A DNA stretch of 64,000 nt from Antedon mediterranea. Its lineage: Eukaryota > Animalia > Echinodermata. The notes below the pieces were generated by a model. The model worked only from the letters and a program-made list of their open reading frames with translations, was not told the origin of the DNA and made no database searches. The stretch lies in the NCBI RefSeq assembly GCF_964355755.1, contig NC_092680.1, positions 10,292,001-10,356,000 on the forward strand, in the 5' to 3' direction. Of the stretch, positions 1 to 12,691 are shown piece by piece. Every line of letters begins with the position of its first letter. Within the stretch, counting starts at the first letter, position 1. Both the position numbers and the translations under genes were made by a program.

Positions 1-1837
1 ACCATAAGTATTATCATCATCATCGATACCATCATAAATGGTCTAACCTAGCTCAATTATCATCTCTATTATATATATAGGCCGCCTCCAACCCACGTTC
101 TTGACTATCGCTTTTTACTGAGCAAAAGGGCGTTACCCGACTATAGCAACCACACACATCTAAAGTTGCACGATGGAGGCATGTTTTCATAAGCCTGGAA
201 AATGTGTTTTGTTATAATTAGAAATTAGAAGAGATTGGATTATTATCAAAGACAAAATAAAAATCACCGATGAGTTTGGAGATAAACAATAACCTCTTGT
301 AAAAGTATAATATTATTGGAAACTAATTATTACTTTTTATAAGCCAAATTAAAAAAAATCTCATTTACAATCTCTATCTATTCATAATGTTTCAAATTTA
401 GGCAACAGATAACAAAGCATTACAAATATTTATCATATTTTGATATATTTATTATAGGGCCTATTCTGTCCTGCAAAATCAAATAAAAACAAGTCAATCC
501 GCATTTTAGTTACTACTTTACATCGCTTTACGGTAAATGCCAAACACTTCACAATATTTAGAAAGTAGAACCAGGGAAGTCCCTGGCAGAACTAATCTAC
601 CCGTTTGCTATTATCATGATTCCCGCCGGAAATGCTGAATATAGTATCTTGTCTGTTCTTGCAATCTGATGGGTACGGATGTTTTAGTCTTTAATTGCAA
701 ATTTTAAAAAAAGAATCATTTTAAGTGTTCATAATGTCTGAGAATTAACTGATTGATTTCCGAAGAAAGCATTAGCATTTTAATCAAATTATAAGCTCCG
801 AAAGAGAATTTTATTTTTTAAACCAAATTATATCATTTATTTTACTATTTTGATTCTGTAATAAGGAAGTTATTAATAAAGTCGAACACGTTGTGCGTCT
901 TCATAACTGGTGATCATAACACGGTTCCAGGGGGAATTTTACAATTTTTAGGCCCATGGCCAAAGTATTTCAAAATAATGTATCCACCACTGACAGGCCC
1001 GTAGCCAGGGGGTTTTTTTTGGGGTTCGGGCGAACTCCTTACCCCCCCCCCCCCCTTTTGCGCGAACCCCCCTTTTACCAGCGAACCCCCCTTGAAAAAC
1101 AAAGGCCCCACTTCCAAAATCTTGCAATTAATTATCAATTATAGCAGATTTTTTGGTCATTTTACTTCTATTGACTATGTTTAAATCGATCGAATATACA
1201 GATTGTCCGATGTCAAAGTCACTGCTGAGCGTGAGATCGAGAGATTGTTGAGAGATGATGGTTATAAATAGGACAGAAAAATGGGCTTTTCGGAACGCAC
1301 AAGATCACGTTCAGTTCAGTTCAATCTTTTTGGGGATTTTTATTTTTTTCCTGGAAATATTTTTTATTAAACCAAAGAATTTCACTGTGTAAACTTGAAT
1401 AAAAATGGTGCTGAGTTCAATTGGTACGTGTACGTAGGCCTACCGTATATTTCGGTGTATAAGACGCACTTTTGACACGCAAATTTGACCTCTAAATGTT
1501 ACCCTAATTAATTTAATTACCTACTAATAAAAAAAAAATAAAAAAAAAAAAAAAAAATAAATAAAAATAGTGTACTACTTTGCAATGTAGGCCTAGCTAG
1601 TTACTCACTCCTGTCTAACCACAGTGTGGTAACAAGTTTATTGAATTTTTAGTTAAGATAATTGTCATCCTCGACTGTATTAATTAATATTACAGTACGC
1701 ATTATACCCATAGTAGGCCTGTTAAGTGACCCAATCCTTCAAATTGTGATAACATTCTGAAACTTTGCACAGTTATTCATTAGGGTGTCAAAAATATGAA
1801 ATGGAAGGGTTGCACAAAATTTAGTCAGGGGAAAGCC

Positions 1838-2600
1838 GCCATTTTGGATTTCAAAATGGCGGACCCAAATTGTTCACTTTTCAGGTATATCTCTGCTAAA
1901 TAGGCACCTAGAGTTCTGAATTTAGGTGCAAATTATATGGTAATGGGGTCACCAAACATATTGGTATAACTAACATTTTAATTGCATGGCGGCCATTTTG
2001 GATTTCAAAATGGCGGACTTCAAATTTTCACTTTTTAGGTATATCTCTGCTAAAGAGGCACCTAGAGTTCTGATTTTAGGTGCAAAATATATGGTAGTGG
2101 GGGGGTCACCAAACATACTGGTATAACTAACATTTTGATTCCATGGCGGCCATGTTGGATTTCAAAATGGCGGATTTCAAATTTTCTTTTTTCAGGTATA
2201 TCTCTGCTAAAAAGGCACCTAGAGTTCTGATTTTAGGTGCAAATTATATGTTAATGGGGTCACCAAACATATTGGTATAACTAACATTTTGATTGCATGG
2301 CGGCCATTTTGGATTTCAAAATGGCGGACTTCAAATTTTCACTTTTCAGGTATCTCTGCTAAAAAGGTACACAGAGTTCTGATTTAGGTGCCAATTATAT
2401 GGTAATGGGTAACCAAACATATTGGTATTTAACTGACATTTTTATTGCATGGCGGCCATTTTGAATTTCAAAATGGCGAACTCAAAATGTTTCAGTACGG
2501 TACCTACAGTTATAATTTTAGGTACAAAGTATAATATAGTATTGAGGTCAACAAACATATTGGTATAACGTCTTTGATTGCATGGCGGCCATTTTGAATG
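1838..2600. repeat. ~154-bp subterminal tandem repeat with palindrome GCCATTTTGGATTTCAAAATGGC (about 5 units; about 3 inverted units at ~4870-5312)
   Basis: GCCAT(T/G)TTG recurs at 1838, 1992, 2149, 2303, 2455 and 2588. Confidence 0.9.
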
Positions 2601-2739
2601 TAGCTCAACCCGTACTGGCTTTACACTATTTGTTTATGTTCATAATTACATGCATTTAACACGGACACTTATTGTAGATCACATTTTCCCTGGCAACCAC
2701 ACAGCTCTGTACATCGTAAATCACTCTTTCTGCATTTAC

Positions 2740-3830
2740 AGCATCCAAGATCACAGTCGGTGTGTCTACAGCGAATTAAAGCCTTTGTGACATCTGAAAG
2801 TTCCGGCAATGAACTCCAAGCTGGACTAAATTTGTTGCCGTCCTTCCTCTATCCCCAGTTCGCTGGGTCCTGTTCAACCCTGAATGCATCTAGACAGTCG
2901 TACCACTTCCTGGCTTCCGTTTCACAAGTTCTCTTAATGCTGCAGATGTTGGGGGATATTTTCAATAGTCTTTCTCTTGTTGTAAAAAGATATCGTCTTG
3001 CATCATTAAATGTTCTGCAGTAGACATAGTTACAACAAACTGTTCTAGATAATCTGTGTCTGTTTCACTAACATGCCCTACAGACAATGACATCCTCTCA
3101 AAAACTGGAGTCATACATGGCATCTTTTTCAAAGTCTCGTTAAATGTAGCTTTACCTTTTCCTTAAACAGATGAAGTTCTATCACAACCGCTAATGGTAT
3201 GAAAGAACAAGTAAGCGGCTGATGCTTGTGGTCCAAGAGAAGAAGCAATCTCGTGTATTGGGATGTACTTCAAGTGCTTCCCCACTCCAAACTCGATCCG
3301 AAGCTCGTGGATGCCAGGTATTCTGTGGAAAGCTGACAACAACATCACTGTGTACAGTCTTGACAATGCGTGGAAAATTTCAGCGGCAAGTTTAACGTGA
3401 ACAAACATACGTTCATCTGCCTCTTCTATGTTACATGGCATCAGCGATTGTATATTTACTGGTTTGTTACAGCTCTGTCTCCCAAAGACCCTACAAACAT
3501 TCCGTGATTTGTGCCAATGTTCTCTACTACTTCAGTTACAATAAATGAAAACAACTCTGATTTGTTGTCATCAAATCTAAAAAATGTGGTCCAATTGTTG
3601 GGCAAGCTCCTGCTGGCTTTAACGACCCTCCTTACACCAGAGACTGTCGTTAAAGTATCTATCGAAAAACAAATCTAGTCGTGTCACTGATCAAAGTTGA
3701 TGGTTGTATGACACTTGATATATACTTAATGAATGTCTTCGAATCATTGGGCCTGAGCATATTGATTATTGCTGGTCCATCTAACACCTTGGCAGCAACT
3801 AATGGTGCTTCATTTTGTCGTACAACCATA
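2740..3830 (-). pseudogene. Degenerate C-terminal XPG-like nuclease region of the Academ protein (left arm)
   Basis: Fragments VLDGPAIINMLRP, CNIEEADERMFVH and EFGVGKHLKYIPIHEIASSLG...FFHTISGCD, broken by frameshifts. Confidence 0.75.
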
Positions 3831-3834
3831 TATA

Positions 3835-4850
3835 GACCATCAACTTCGATCAGTGACGTGACCAGATTTGGTTTTCGATAGATACTTTAACGACGGTTTA
3901 AAGTCTAGTACGCGCTAGTACGCGTTCAAACCGCGGCTCTGGTGTAAGGAGGGGCGTCAAAGCCAGTGGGAGCATGCCCAACAATTGGACCACATATTCG
4001 AGATATGACGACAACAAATCAGAGTTGTTTCATTAATTGTAATTGAAGTAGTAGAGAACATTGACACAAATCACGGAATGTTTGTAGGGTCTCTGAGAGC
4101 GAGACAGAGCTGTAACAAACCAGTCTGTAAATATAAAACCGCTGATGCCATGTAACATAGAAGAGGCAGATGAACGTATGTTTGTTCATGTTAAACATGC
4201 CGCTAAAATTTGTCCGCGCATTCTTGTCAAGACTGTAGACAGTGATGTTGTTGTTATTTCATTGTCAACTTTCCACAGAATACCTGGCATCCACAAGCTT
4301 TGGATCGAGTTTGGAGTGGGGAAGCACTTGAAGTATATCTCAACACACAAGATTACTTCTCTTGGATAACAAGCATCAGCCGCTTACTTGTTCTTTCATT
4401 CCTTTAGCAGTTCTGATACAACTTCATCTGTTCAAGGAAAGGAATTTGAGACGATGTCATTGTCTGTAGGGGATGTTAGTGACACAGATTATCTAGAACA
4501 GTTTGTTGTAACTATGTAGAAAGAAGGTAAATGATGCAAGACGATATCTTTTTACTACAGACTATTGAAAATATCCCCCCCCCTCCAACATCTGCGGCAA
4601 TAAGAGAACATGTGAAACGGTCTTTTCTACAAGCCAGAAAGTGGTACAACTGTCTAGATGCATTCAGGGTTGAACAGGACCCAGCAAACTGGGGATGGAG
4701 GAAGAACGGCAACAAATTTAGTCCAGTTTGGAGTTCATTGCCGGAACTTTCAGATGTCACAAATCGCTGTGACACACCGACTGTGATCTTGGACTTGGAC
4801 ACTGTAAATGCAGAAAGAGTGATTTATGATGTACAGAGCTGTGTGGTTAC
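3835..4850 (+). pseudogene. Degenerate C-terminal XPG-like nuclease region of the Academ protein (right arm)
   Basis: ORFs 4145-4369 and 4531-5019 (IPPPPTSAAIREHVKRSFLQARKW...DPANWGW); an inverted copy of the left arm. Confidence 0.75.
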
Positions 4851-7281
4851 CAGGTTTGAGCTACATTCAAAATGGCCGCCATGCAATCAAAGACGTTATA
4901 CCAATATGTTTGTTGACCTCAATACCATATTATACTTTGTACCTAAAATTATAACTGTAGGTACCGTACTGAAATATTTTGAGCTTGCCATTTTGAAATT
5001 CAAAATGGCCGCCATGTAATCAAAGTGTTAGTTAAATAGCAATATATTTGGTGACCCATTACCATATAATTTGCACCTAAAATCAGAGCACTGTGTACCT
5101 TTTTAGCAGAGATATACCTGGAAAGTTATTGGGGTCCGCCATTTTGAAATCCAACATGGCCGCCATGCAATCAAATGTTAATTATACCAATATGTTTGGT
5201 GACCCCACAACCATATATTTTGCATGTAAAATCAGAACTCTAGGTGCCTCTTTAGCAGAGATATACCTGACAAGTGAAAATTTGAGGTCCGCCATTTTGA
5301 AATCCAAAATGGCGGCTTTCCCCTGACCAAATTTTGTGCAACCCTTCCATTTCATATTTTTGACACCCTATTGAATAACTGTGCAAAGTTTCAAAATGTT
5401 ATCACAATTTGAAGGATTTGCCTAAAATATGCTCCTTAACATGCCTACTACCAGGCCTAGTAGTACTCTCTGAACTCGCGGGTGTGTATTCTAGCAGCAT
5501 GCAGCATGCATCACAGCGCAACACATTTATGGAAGAGTCCATTAATTACGGTGGTGTCACATTTAAATTACACAATAACTATTTCCCTTGATCACGGTGG
5601 TTCATTTTTATTACATCTCTATGTCAACAATCACATAATTTTATAATCATGTAGGCAATAGTTCGTATGTCAAGCGATATCAAAAAGAGTGTGTTGTTAT
5701 TGTGTTAAGTAGCTTCCCCTAATCTCATAGTGTATATGGCCAACAGTGCTGGTCACCAGGCAAGGGGCACATGGTTAGTGCTCTCCTCTCCTCATATTGA
5801 TGTAATGCATGAATGGAAATAGGAAAGATTTTCATATAGGCCTACACAACATGATATTCCTGGTTCATTATCAGCCCAAAAAACTGAACATCATTTGGAT
5901 TGATTTTATAATGGTCATACACACAATAAGAAGGTATATATTTAAATAATATGAAATTAAAGTTACTTAAATAGACATAGGCTAGCCCTACCCACACAGT
6001 GCATCTTAACTGAAACAATATGGGGATTTCCCTTTTCATTGAACGTTCAGTTGAAGTAGAGACTGATTACGATGTAATAAAGGCAATCAAACAAAATTAT
6101 ATCATTTGATTCTAATAAATATGTCTCAAATATCGTTGTTTTATTATTAAAATACCATTGTTTTGATTGTAAAATGTTTAAATTTCGGCCTAGAAATAAG
6201 TGCGTCTTATGCATCGACTACATAAAAAATACTAATATTTCAGTCTCCGTTAAGGGTGCGTCTTATACATAGGTGCGACTTGTACACCGAAATATACGGT
6301 ACTATTTGTTTTTTATGTTTATAGGATAAGAAATTATTTAAGGGCCTAATATAATATACTTTTTTGCAACAATAAAGCTGTATTTCATGATCAGTACTAC
6401 TAACTTCCATAATACTGTACTATATAATTTCTCTGCATAACTCAGATTTTAGTAGGTAAAAAATGTCTCTGTAAGCTTATTAAAACAACCGAAATTGCTC
6501 TGAGAGCCAAAGCTTCCAGGGGCCTTCGCCCCCTGGACCGTTACGGTTAGGTAATTTGGTTTTGACAAGCAATTACTGTCAGTGCTTTGTAAGTTATTGT
6601 GATTTTATTGCCCTGGAGTGTCATTTGAGCCACAAGTTCTAACTACAAGTCCTTGCCCACTGGAGGTTGGTCTAACCTGAGATGATTCGCATGGAAGACC
6701 TTTGCGCAGGCTACCTAGAATTCTCATGGGCCATTAAATATTCAGTTTCAACTTTTAGATTTTATGTGGTTTGAGACTTTGTTGAGCATTTTTAAAAATG
6801 TGTATAGGCCTACTACAGTACATAATATTAATATTTAATCAAAGATAAGAACAAAATAATGCAATATACATTGAGATATAAATGATGTAAAATAAACCAT
6901 AAAGATTAATACAATAAACTACAAATAGCCAATTTTTAAGTTTGAATGGAAAAAAATGATTGACCTATGAAAGAACCCTAAAATAAACATATAAATAAAA
7001 ATAAACGCCAAGTGATGATAACCAATTTAAATTAATACACATTAAAAAGTTTTATCATCATGTAAATAATTATCTTAAATTAAAAATGAAAGATATATTT
7101 AGGTTAACAAATTGAATATAATATGTTTCCTTTTTTCTTATCACTCTTGAAAAGTAATGTTATCTGTTATCTGCCAGAGTCACATGTTCTGACCCTTTCT
7201 TTCCTTCATTTGTTTAGCTCTGTTGATGAATACTCTGATACTTTTTTTCGTAAAATGCTACAAACAAGTGTGTATGTTTTT

Positions 7282-8231
7282 TACCCTGCCACTGTTTTAT
7301 TACAACACAATTTTGTGTACCCTGCCACTGTTTTGTATCCCTGCCACCGTTTTTGTATCCCTGCAATCTTCTTTTTTCCCAGAAACTTTGTATACAACAC
7401 AAGTTTTTGTATCCTAGACCACGGCTTGGTCGTACCGTCTCTGTTTTTGTACCCTGATACCGTTTTTGTACCATGTCACCGTTTTTGTACCCTGCCACTA
7501 TTTTTGTACCTTGCCACTGTTTTTGTACCCATCTGCCATCGTGTTTGTACCCTGCCACCGTTTTTGTACCCAGCTGCCATCGATTTTGTACTGCCACCTT
7601 TTTGTACCCTGCCACTTTTTTTGTACCCTGCCACCGTTTTTGTACCCTGCGACTGTTTTTGTACCCTGCGACTGTTTTTATAGCCTGCCACCGTTTTTGT
7701 ACCCTGCCACCGTTTTTGTACCCAGCTGCCATCGATTTTGTACTGCCACCGTTTTTGTACCCTGCCACTTTTTTTGTACCCTGCCACCGTTTTTGTACCC
7801 TGCCACTGTTTGTGTACTTTGCCACTGTTTATGTACCCTGCAACTGTTTTTGTACCCAGCTGCCATCGTTTTTGTACCCTGCCATCGTTTTTGTACCCTG
7901 CCACCGTTTTTGTACCCTGCCACTGTTTTTGTACCCTGCCACCGTTTTTGTATCCTGCCACCGTTTTTGTACCCTGCCACTGTTTTTGTACCGAGCTGCT
8001 ATCGTTTTTGTACCCTGCCACCGTTTTTGTACCCTGCCACCGTTTTTGTACCCTCCACTGTTTTTGTACCCTGCTCATTTTTTTTACCCAACTGCCATCG
8101 ATGTTGTACCCTGCCACTGTTTTTGTACCCAGCTGCCATCGTTTTTGTACCCTGCCACTGTTTTTGTACCCAGCTGCCATCGTTTTTGTACCCTGCCATC
8201 GTTTTTGTACCATGCCACTGTTTGTACCCTT
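7282..8231. repeat. Minisatellite with 19/22-bp units (CCGTTTTTGTACCCTGCCA), block 1
   Basis: Direct tandem repeats visible; source of the many overlapping low-complexity ORFs. Confidence 0.97.
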
Positions 8232-8410
8232 CCACCAGGGCCTTGCAGCCTTTTAAACACTGCCTGACATACAAAGATATTTTAAGTCATTTTGTGAAAG
8301 ATATACTTTCCCATTAAATTAAATAAATGGAATATCACAACCACTAAGTATTTATTCCTGTATAAGGTCAGCAATCAGATTTCCCGCGAACTATTGTATA
8401 AAATCATTGA

Positions 8411-9155
8411 CGCTGTTTTTGTACACTGCCACCGTTTTTGTACCTTGCCACTGTTTTTGTACCCAGCTGCCATCGTTTTTGTACCCTGCCACTGTTTTTG
8501 TACCCAGCTGCCATCGTTTTTGTACCCTGCCATCGTTTTTGTACCCTGCCACCGTTTTTGTACCCTGCCACCGTTTTTGTATCCTGCCACCGTTTTTGTA
8601 TCCTGCCACCGTTTTTGTACCCTGCCACCGTTTTTGTACCCTGCCACCGTTTTTGTACCCTGCTACTGTTTTTGTACCCAGCTGCCATCTATTTTGTACC
8701 CTGTCACCGTTTTTGTACCCTGCCACTGTTTTTGTACCCTGCTACTGTTTTTGTACCCTGCTACTGTTTTTGTACCCTGCTACTGTTTTTGTACCCATCT
8801 GCCATCGTTTTTGTACCCTGCCACCGTTTTTGTACCCTGCCACCGTTTTTGTACCCTGCCACCGTTTTTGTACCCTGCTACTGTTTTTGTACCCAGCTGC
8901 CATCTATTTTGTACCCTGTCACCGTTTTTGTACCCTGCTACTGTTTTTGTACCCTGCTACTGTTTTTGTACCCAGCTGCCATCGATTTTGTACCCTGCCA
9001 CCGTTTTTGTACCCTGTCGCTGTTTGTGTACTCTGCCACTGTTTTTGTACCCTGCCACTGTTTTTATACCCTGCCTCCGTTTTTGTACCCAGTCAATGTT
9101 TTTGTAAAAAACAATTTTTTTTTTACAAGTGTTGTACCCAGAAACTGTTTTTGTA
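8411..9155. repeat. Same minisatellite, block 2
   Basis: Same unit and orientation as block 1. Confidence 0.97.
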
Positions 9156-9504
9156 ATGTTGTCATCGTTTTATAACAAAATACGTGATAATTGCAAATAA
9201 ATATAATTTCATTTTCAATTTAATTTTATTTCCACAATATAATAACATACATACAGGATAATAAATGCAATGAAGTAATCATGTGGGGAGAGAGTCATAA
9301 TAAGTCAGTCAGTAAGTTTGACCCACCACGAAATATAACATTAAATACGAATACGAAAAATAAAAAAATATATATACATAAACTAATAATAAATAAAAGA
9401 AAACAAAGCTACAATTTATTGCTCCCCTTTTTTAAAAATCCATTCTGAAAAACGTATGACTTTTAATTATTCATGATCTAACGTTATTAAATAAAAGGTG
9501 GTGG

Positions 9505-10030
9505 TCAAGCTAGCTCTGCAGGTGACGGCCGCCGCATGCATATCTCGCCAGTTTCCCGTATTCTTATGTTGTTCGTTTTGGTAAATATGCGGCTGAACAT
9601 GTATCCAAACGCGTAAATAGCGCTGTGCTCTGATGGTGCTTCGACACCAGAAATTACTTCTGGTGCAGTCCATGGAAAGCATTTCTTCCACCTAATCTTC
9701 TCCTCCGATGACAACTTTAAAGGAGTAGGCCTATTCCGTCCGGTCCGAAACGCCTTGCCATAATCTATTGTTACAGGTATAAATTAATTTTACCATCAAT
9801 CATGAAGCACGTACCACGTTATTACCTGTAAGAGAAAAGACAATTGGGAAAATGAGAAAATAACTGTAAAATAATCACTGAATTGTGTATGGTATAATTG
9901 AATTTAATGTATGATAATGAAAAATTAGTGGCTTAATTAAAAAAAATTACGCATAGGCCTATAACAGATTCTTACTATTGATATCATTATGGACATACTC
10001 CTGAGTTGTGGAAATTAGGATATTTTATAC
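9505..10030 (-). pseudogene. Ser/Thr protein kinase pseudogene fragment with a GT-AG intron (9826-9975)
   Basis: Splicing gives VHNDINSNNVV (catalytic loop), followed by TIDYGKA (DFG-like), FPWTAPEV, SAIYAFG and RRPS; the frame is disrupted. Confidence 0.7.
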
Positions 10031-11536
10031 GAATATATATTAGGCCTACTGATATACTGTAAATAAGACCTCTTTAGTCCTACTTCACACGTTTACGTAG
10101 ATCTATCTGATAAGAATTTGTTAATTATTTTATTTTTATCGGCACGTTGATTTCTACCTACCATGCAAACGCATGCAGCAAGTCAGATTTTCCTCCACAA
10201 TGAATCTTCCGAGAAAGATCTTTTATTTATTTTCGATGCGCTTCCATTCAATTTTAAAATCGCTTTGATGCCTGCCGCCTCAATCCATCAAGAGGAATGG
10301 CGGGGGATATTTGAACTCCGTGGTATATCTGGCTAAGGCCTACCCTTTTGCGATTAATTCTTTCCAATAGTTCTGTTGTAGGCTACATTTTCTTCCACGG
10401 GCTCGTCGTTTATATTATCAAGTAGACGGTCATTGATGACCGAGTCTACGCATTTATCTCGTATAAAATCGCGTAGAGTTATCAAATTTAAATTGTGTTC
10501 ATTTGTATCAATTATGTAGGCCTATGTTTGTTGCTGCTGTACATTGTCTACAAGATGTCCACCACCCAACAACAGGTGAATAAAACATGAAACACTAATA
10601 TACTTTCGTGATACATTTATAGCACTGTTCGGAAGTACTCATGATTGACTATCAATCCATTTTGTTCCCAAAATCGATCAAAGGGCTTCCAGCCTTTAAA
10701 ACGCTGCCTGATGACATACGAAATTTTGTGAAAGATATATATACTTTCCCATTAAATTTAATAAATTGAATATCACACGGCCATCCCAATTCCCTAACAA
10801 AACTATTGTTCATGTTTAAAAGTATTTATTTAATGTGTCTGTAGTTCTAGTTAAATTGCTTTGCATAAAGCAGCATTGAGAAATATTTAGATTATTATAA
10901 ACAACCACTAAAGTATTAATTTATTCCTGTACAAGGTCAGAAATCAAATTTCCCGCAAACTATTTTATAAAATCAGTGACCTATCTAATAGTAAATTGAT
11001 TGGTTAATACCCAGTCAGTGAGGACCTGATTGCCAAGCAGTGCCTGTTTGCTATTGGTCATTGGTAAGAGGAAGTTGAAAATGGACAGCAAGTTATTCTT
11101 AACACTTGCAGTCTTAAATAAACACGCTGGCATTTTTATTACACCACAGAGTATTATTCCTGTCAACTTATACCACAATTGACATGTTGAGGGGATAGGT
11201 CATCCACTGATTCAGTGGATGCCAAACGTAACGCTAAAGTAGCCTGGTCCGCGTAATGAATCACACAATTAAAGAAGAAATCACACAATTAAAGAAGGAA
11301 TCACACAATTAAAGAAGAAATCACACAATTAAAGAAGGAATCGCATATAAACAAAAGAAAGCATGAAAATATAAAAAGAAATGCACAAATAAAGAAGAGC
11401 TAAGCACAATTAAAGAAGTCCGCACAAATTCGAAAGCTCCTCGCACAATTAAAGAAGTTCGCAACAAAATCAAAAGCTCCTCGCACAATTAAAGAAGTCC
11501 GCAACAAATTCGAAAGTACCTCGCACAATTAGAGTA

Positions 11537-12680
11537 CAGTAGTCCATATGGAACGCCATCGCTGCCTCCGGCAGCAGCAAACTTTAATTCTATTCGGCTC
11601 TTTTACCATTACGTTCGGCTCTTTTACCATTCGGCGCATTTCTATTCGGCCTTTTTACCATTACGTACGGCTCTTTCAGCATTCAGCTCATTTCTATTTG
11701 GCCCATTTTGTACCATTACGTTCGGCTCTTTCAGCTTTCGGCTCTTTTTTATTCGGCCAATTTACCATTACGTTCGGCTCTTTCAGCATTCGGCTCTTTT
11801 TTATTCGGCCCATTTAACATTACGTTCGGCTCTTTTTGATTCGGCCCTTTTTTATTCGGCTCTTTCTGCATTACGTTGGGCTCTTTTTAAATCGGCATTT
11901 TTTTATATGGCGCAATTAAAATCTAACCTTTGACATGGGGTCAAATGGAAGAGAATCAACGACTGGAAATGAGTCTATGAAAAGTTTACAAACATTTCAT
12001 CATCATGGCGCCAACCATGAGTAGCCAACCGATTAAAGATGTGTTGAATAACCTAAATTAATTCATCTTTTAACAAATTTTGAGAGAGAAAGGGTAAATT
12101 ATTATTATTAAATGTTTGGCTGACACTAGGCGAGGCCTAGCTAGCCTAGGCCATAAATCAAACCTTTTCTCTCTCAAAATGGTCAATAAGGTGGGAAAAT
12201 TGCAAGTTCTCTAACTAACACATTAATCATGTCAATAAAATGATTTAGTTATATTGAAATAGCCTTCAAATTCATTTAATTCAACCAACCAAACACTCTA
12301 CATGCTGCATCTATATGTTTTGTAAACTTTTCATAGACTCATTTCCAGCCGTTGATTTTCTTCCATTTGACCCCATGTAAAAGGTTAGAATTTAATTGCG
12401 CCGCATAAAAAAGGGCCAAATCAAAAAGAGTCGAACGTAATGCAGAAAGAGCCGAATAAAAAAGGGCCGAATTAAAAAGAGCCGAATGCTGAAAGAGCCG
12501 AACGTAATGGTAAATGGGCCGAATAAAAAAGAGCCGAATGCTGAAAGAGCCGAACGTAATGGTAAATGGGCCGAATAGAAATGCGCCGAATGCTAAAAGA
12601 GCCGAACGTAATGGTAAAAGAGCCGAATAGAATTAAAGTTTCCTGCCGGAGGCAGCAATGGCGTTCCATACGGACTACTG
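11537..12680. mobile_element. Tc1/mariner-type MITE with long TIRs and TTCGGCTCTT repeats
   Basis: TA|CAGTAGTCC...GGACTACTG|TA; arms ~11537-11995 and ~12320-12680 are inverted. Confidence 0.8.
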
Positions 12681-12691
12681 TACTTTAATTG

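Larger units (their letters stand above)
1711..5450. mobile_element. Academ (AcademX-like) foldback DNA transposon, non-autonomous
   Basis: Ends TAGTAGGC...GCCTACTA; 3-bp TSD CCA (1708-1710, 5451-5453); long inverted arms; XPG/H3TH-like remnants (CNIEEADERMFVH, KTVDSDVVVI, FFHTISGCD) on both strands. Confidence 0.85.
1443..6299. mobile_element. Tc1/mariner-pogo (Tc2-like) non-autonomous DNA transposon, host of the Academ foldback
   Basis: Left TIR CCGTATATTTCGGTGTATAAGACGCAC; right TIR (reverse complement) CCGTATATTTCGGTGTACAAGTCGCAC; TA on both flanks (1441-1442, 6300-6301); GTGCGTCTTAT repeated near the right end. Confidence 0.85.

Noticed and set aside
7123-9175. Many long overlapping ORFs on both strands
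   Set aside because: They are translations of a 19/22-bp minisatellite that lacks stops in most frames; the products are low-complexity and have no domain.
10705-10730. CTGATGA-CATAC-GAAA hammerhead-like core
   Set aside because: There is no room for stem II, no convincing stems I or III, and the duplicate at ~8262 lacks the motif.
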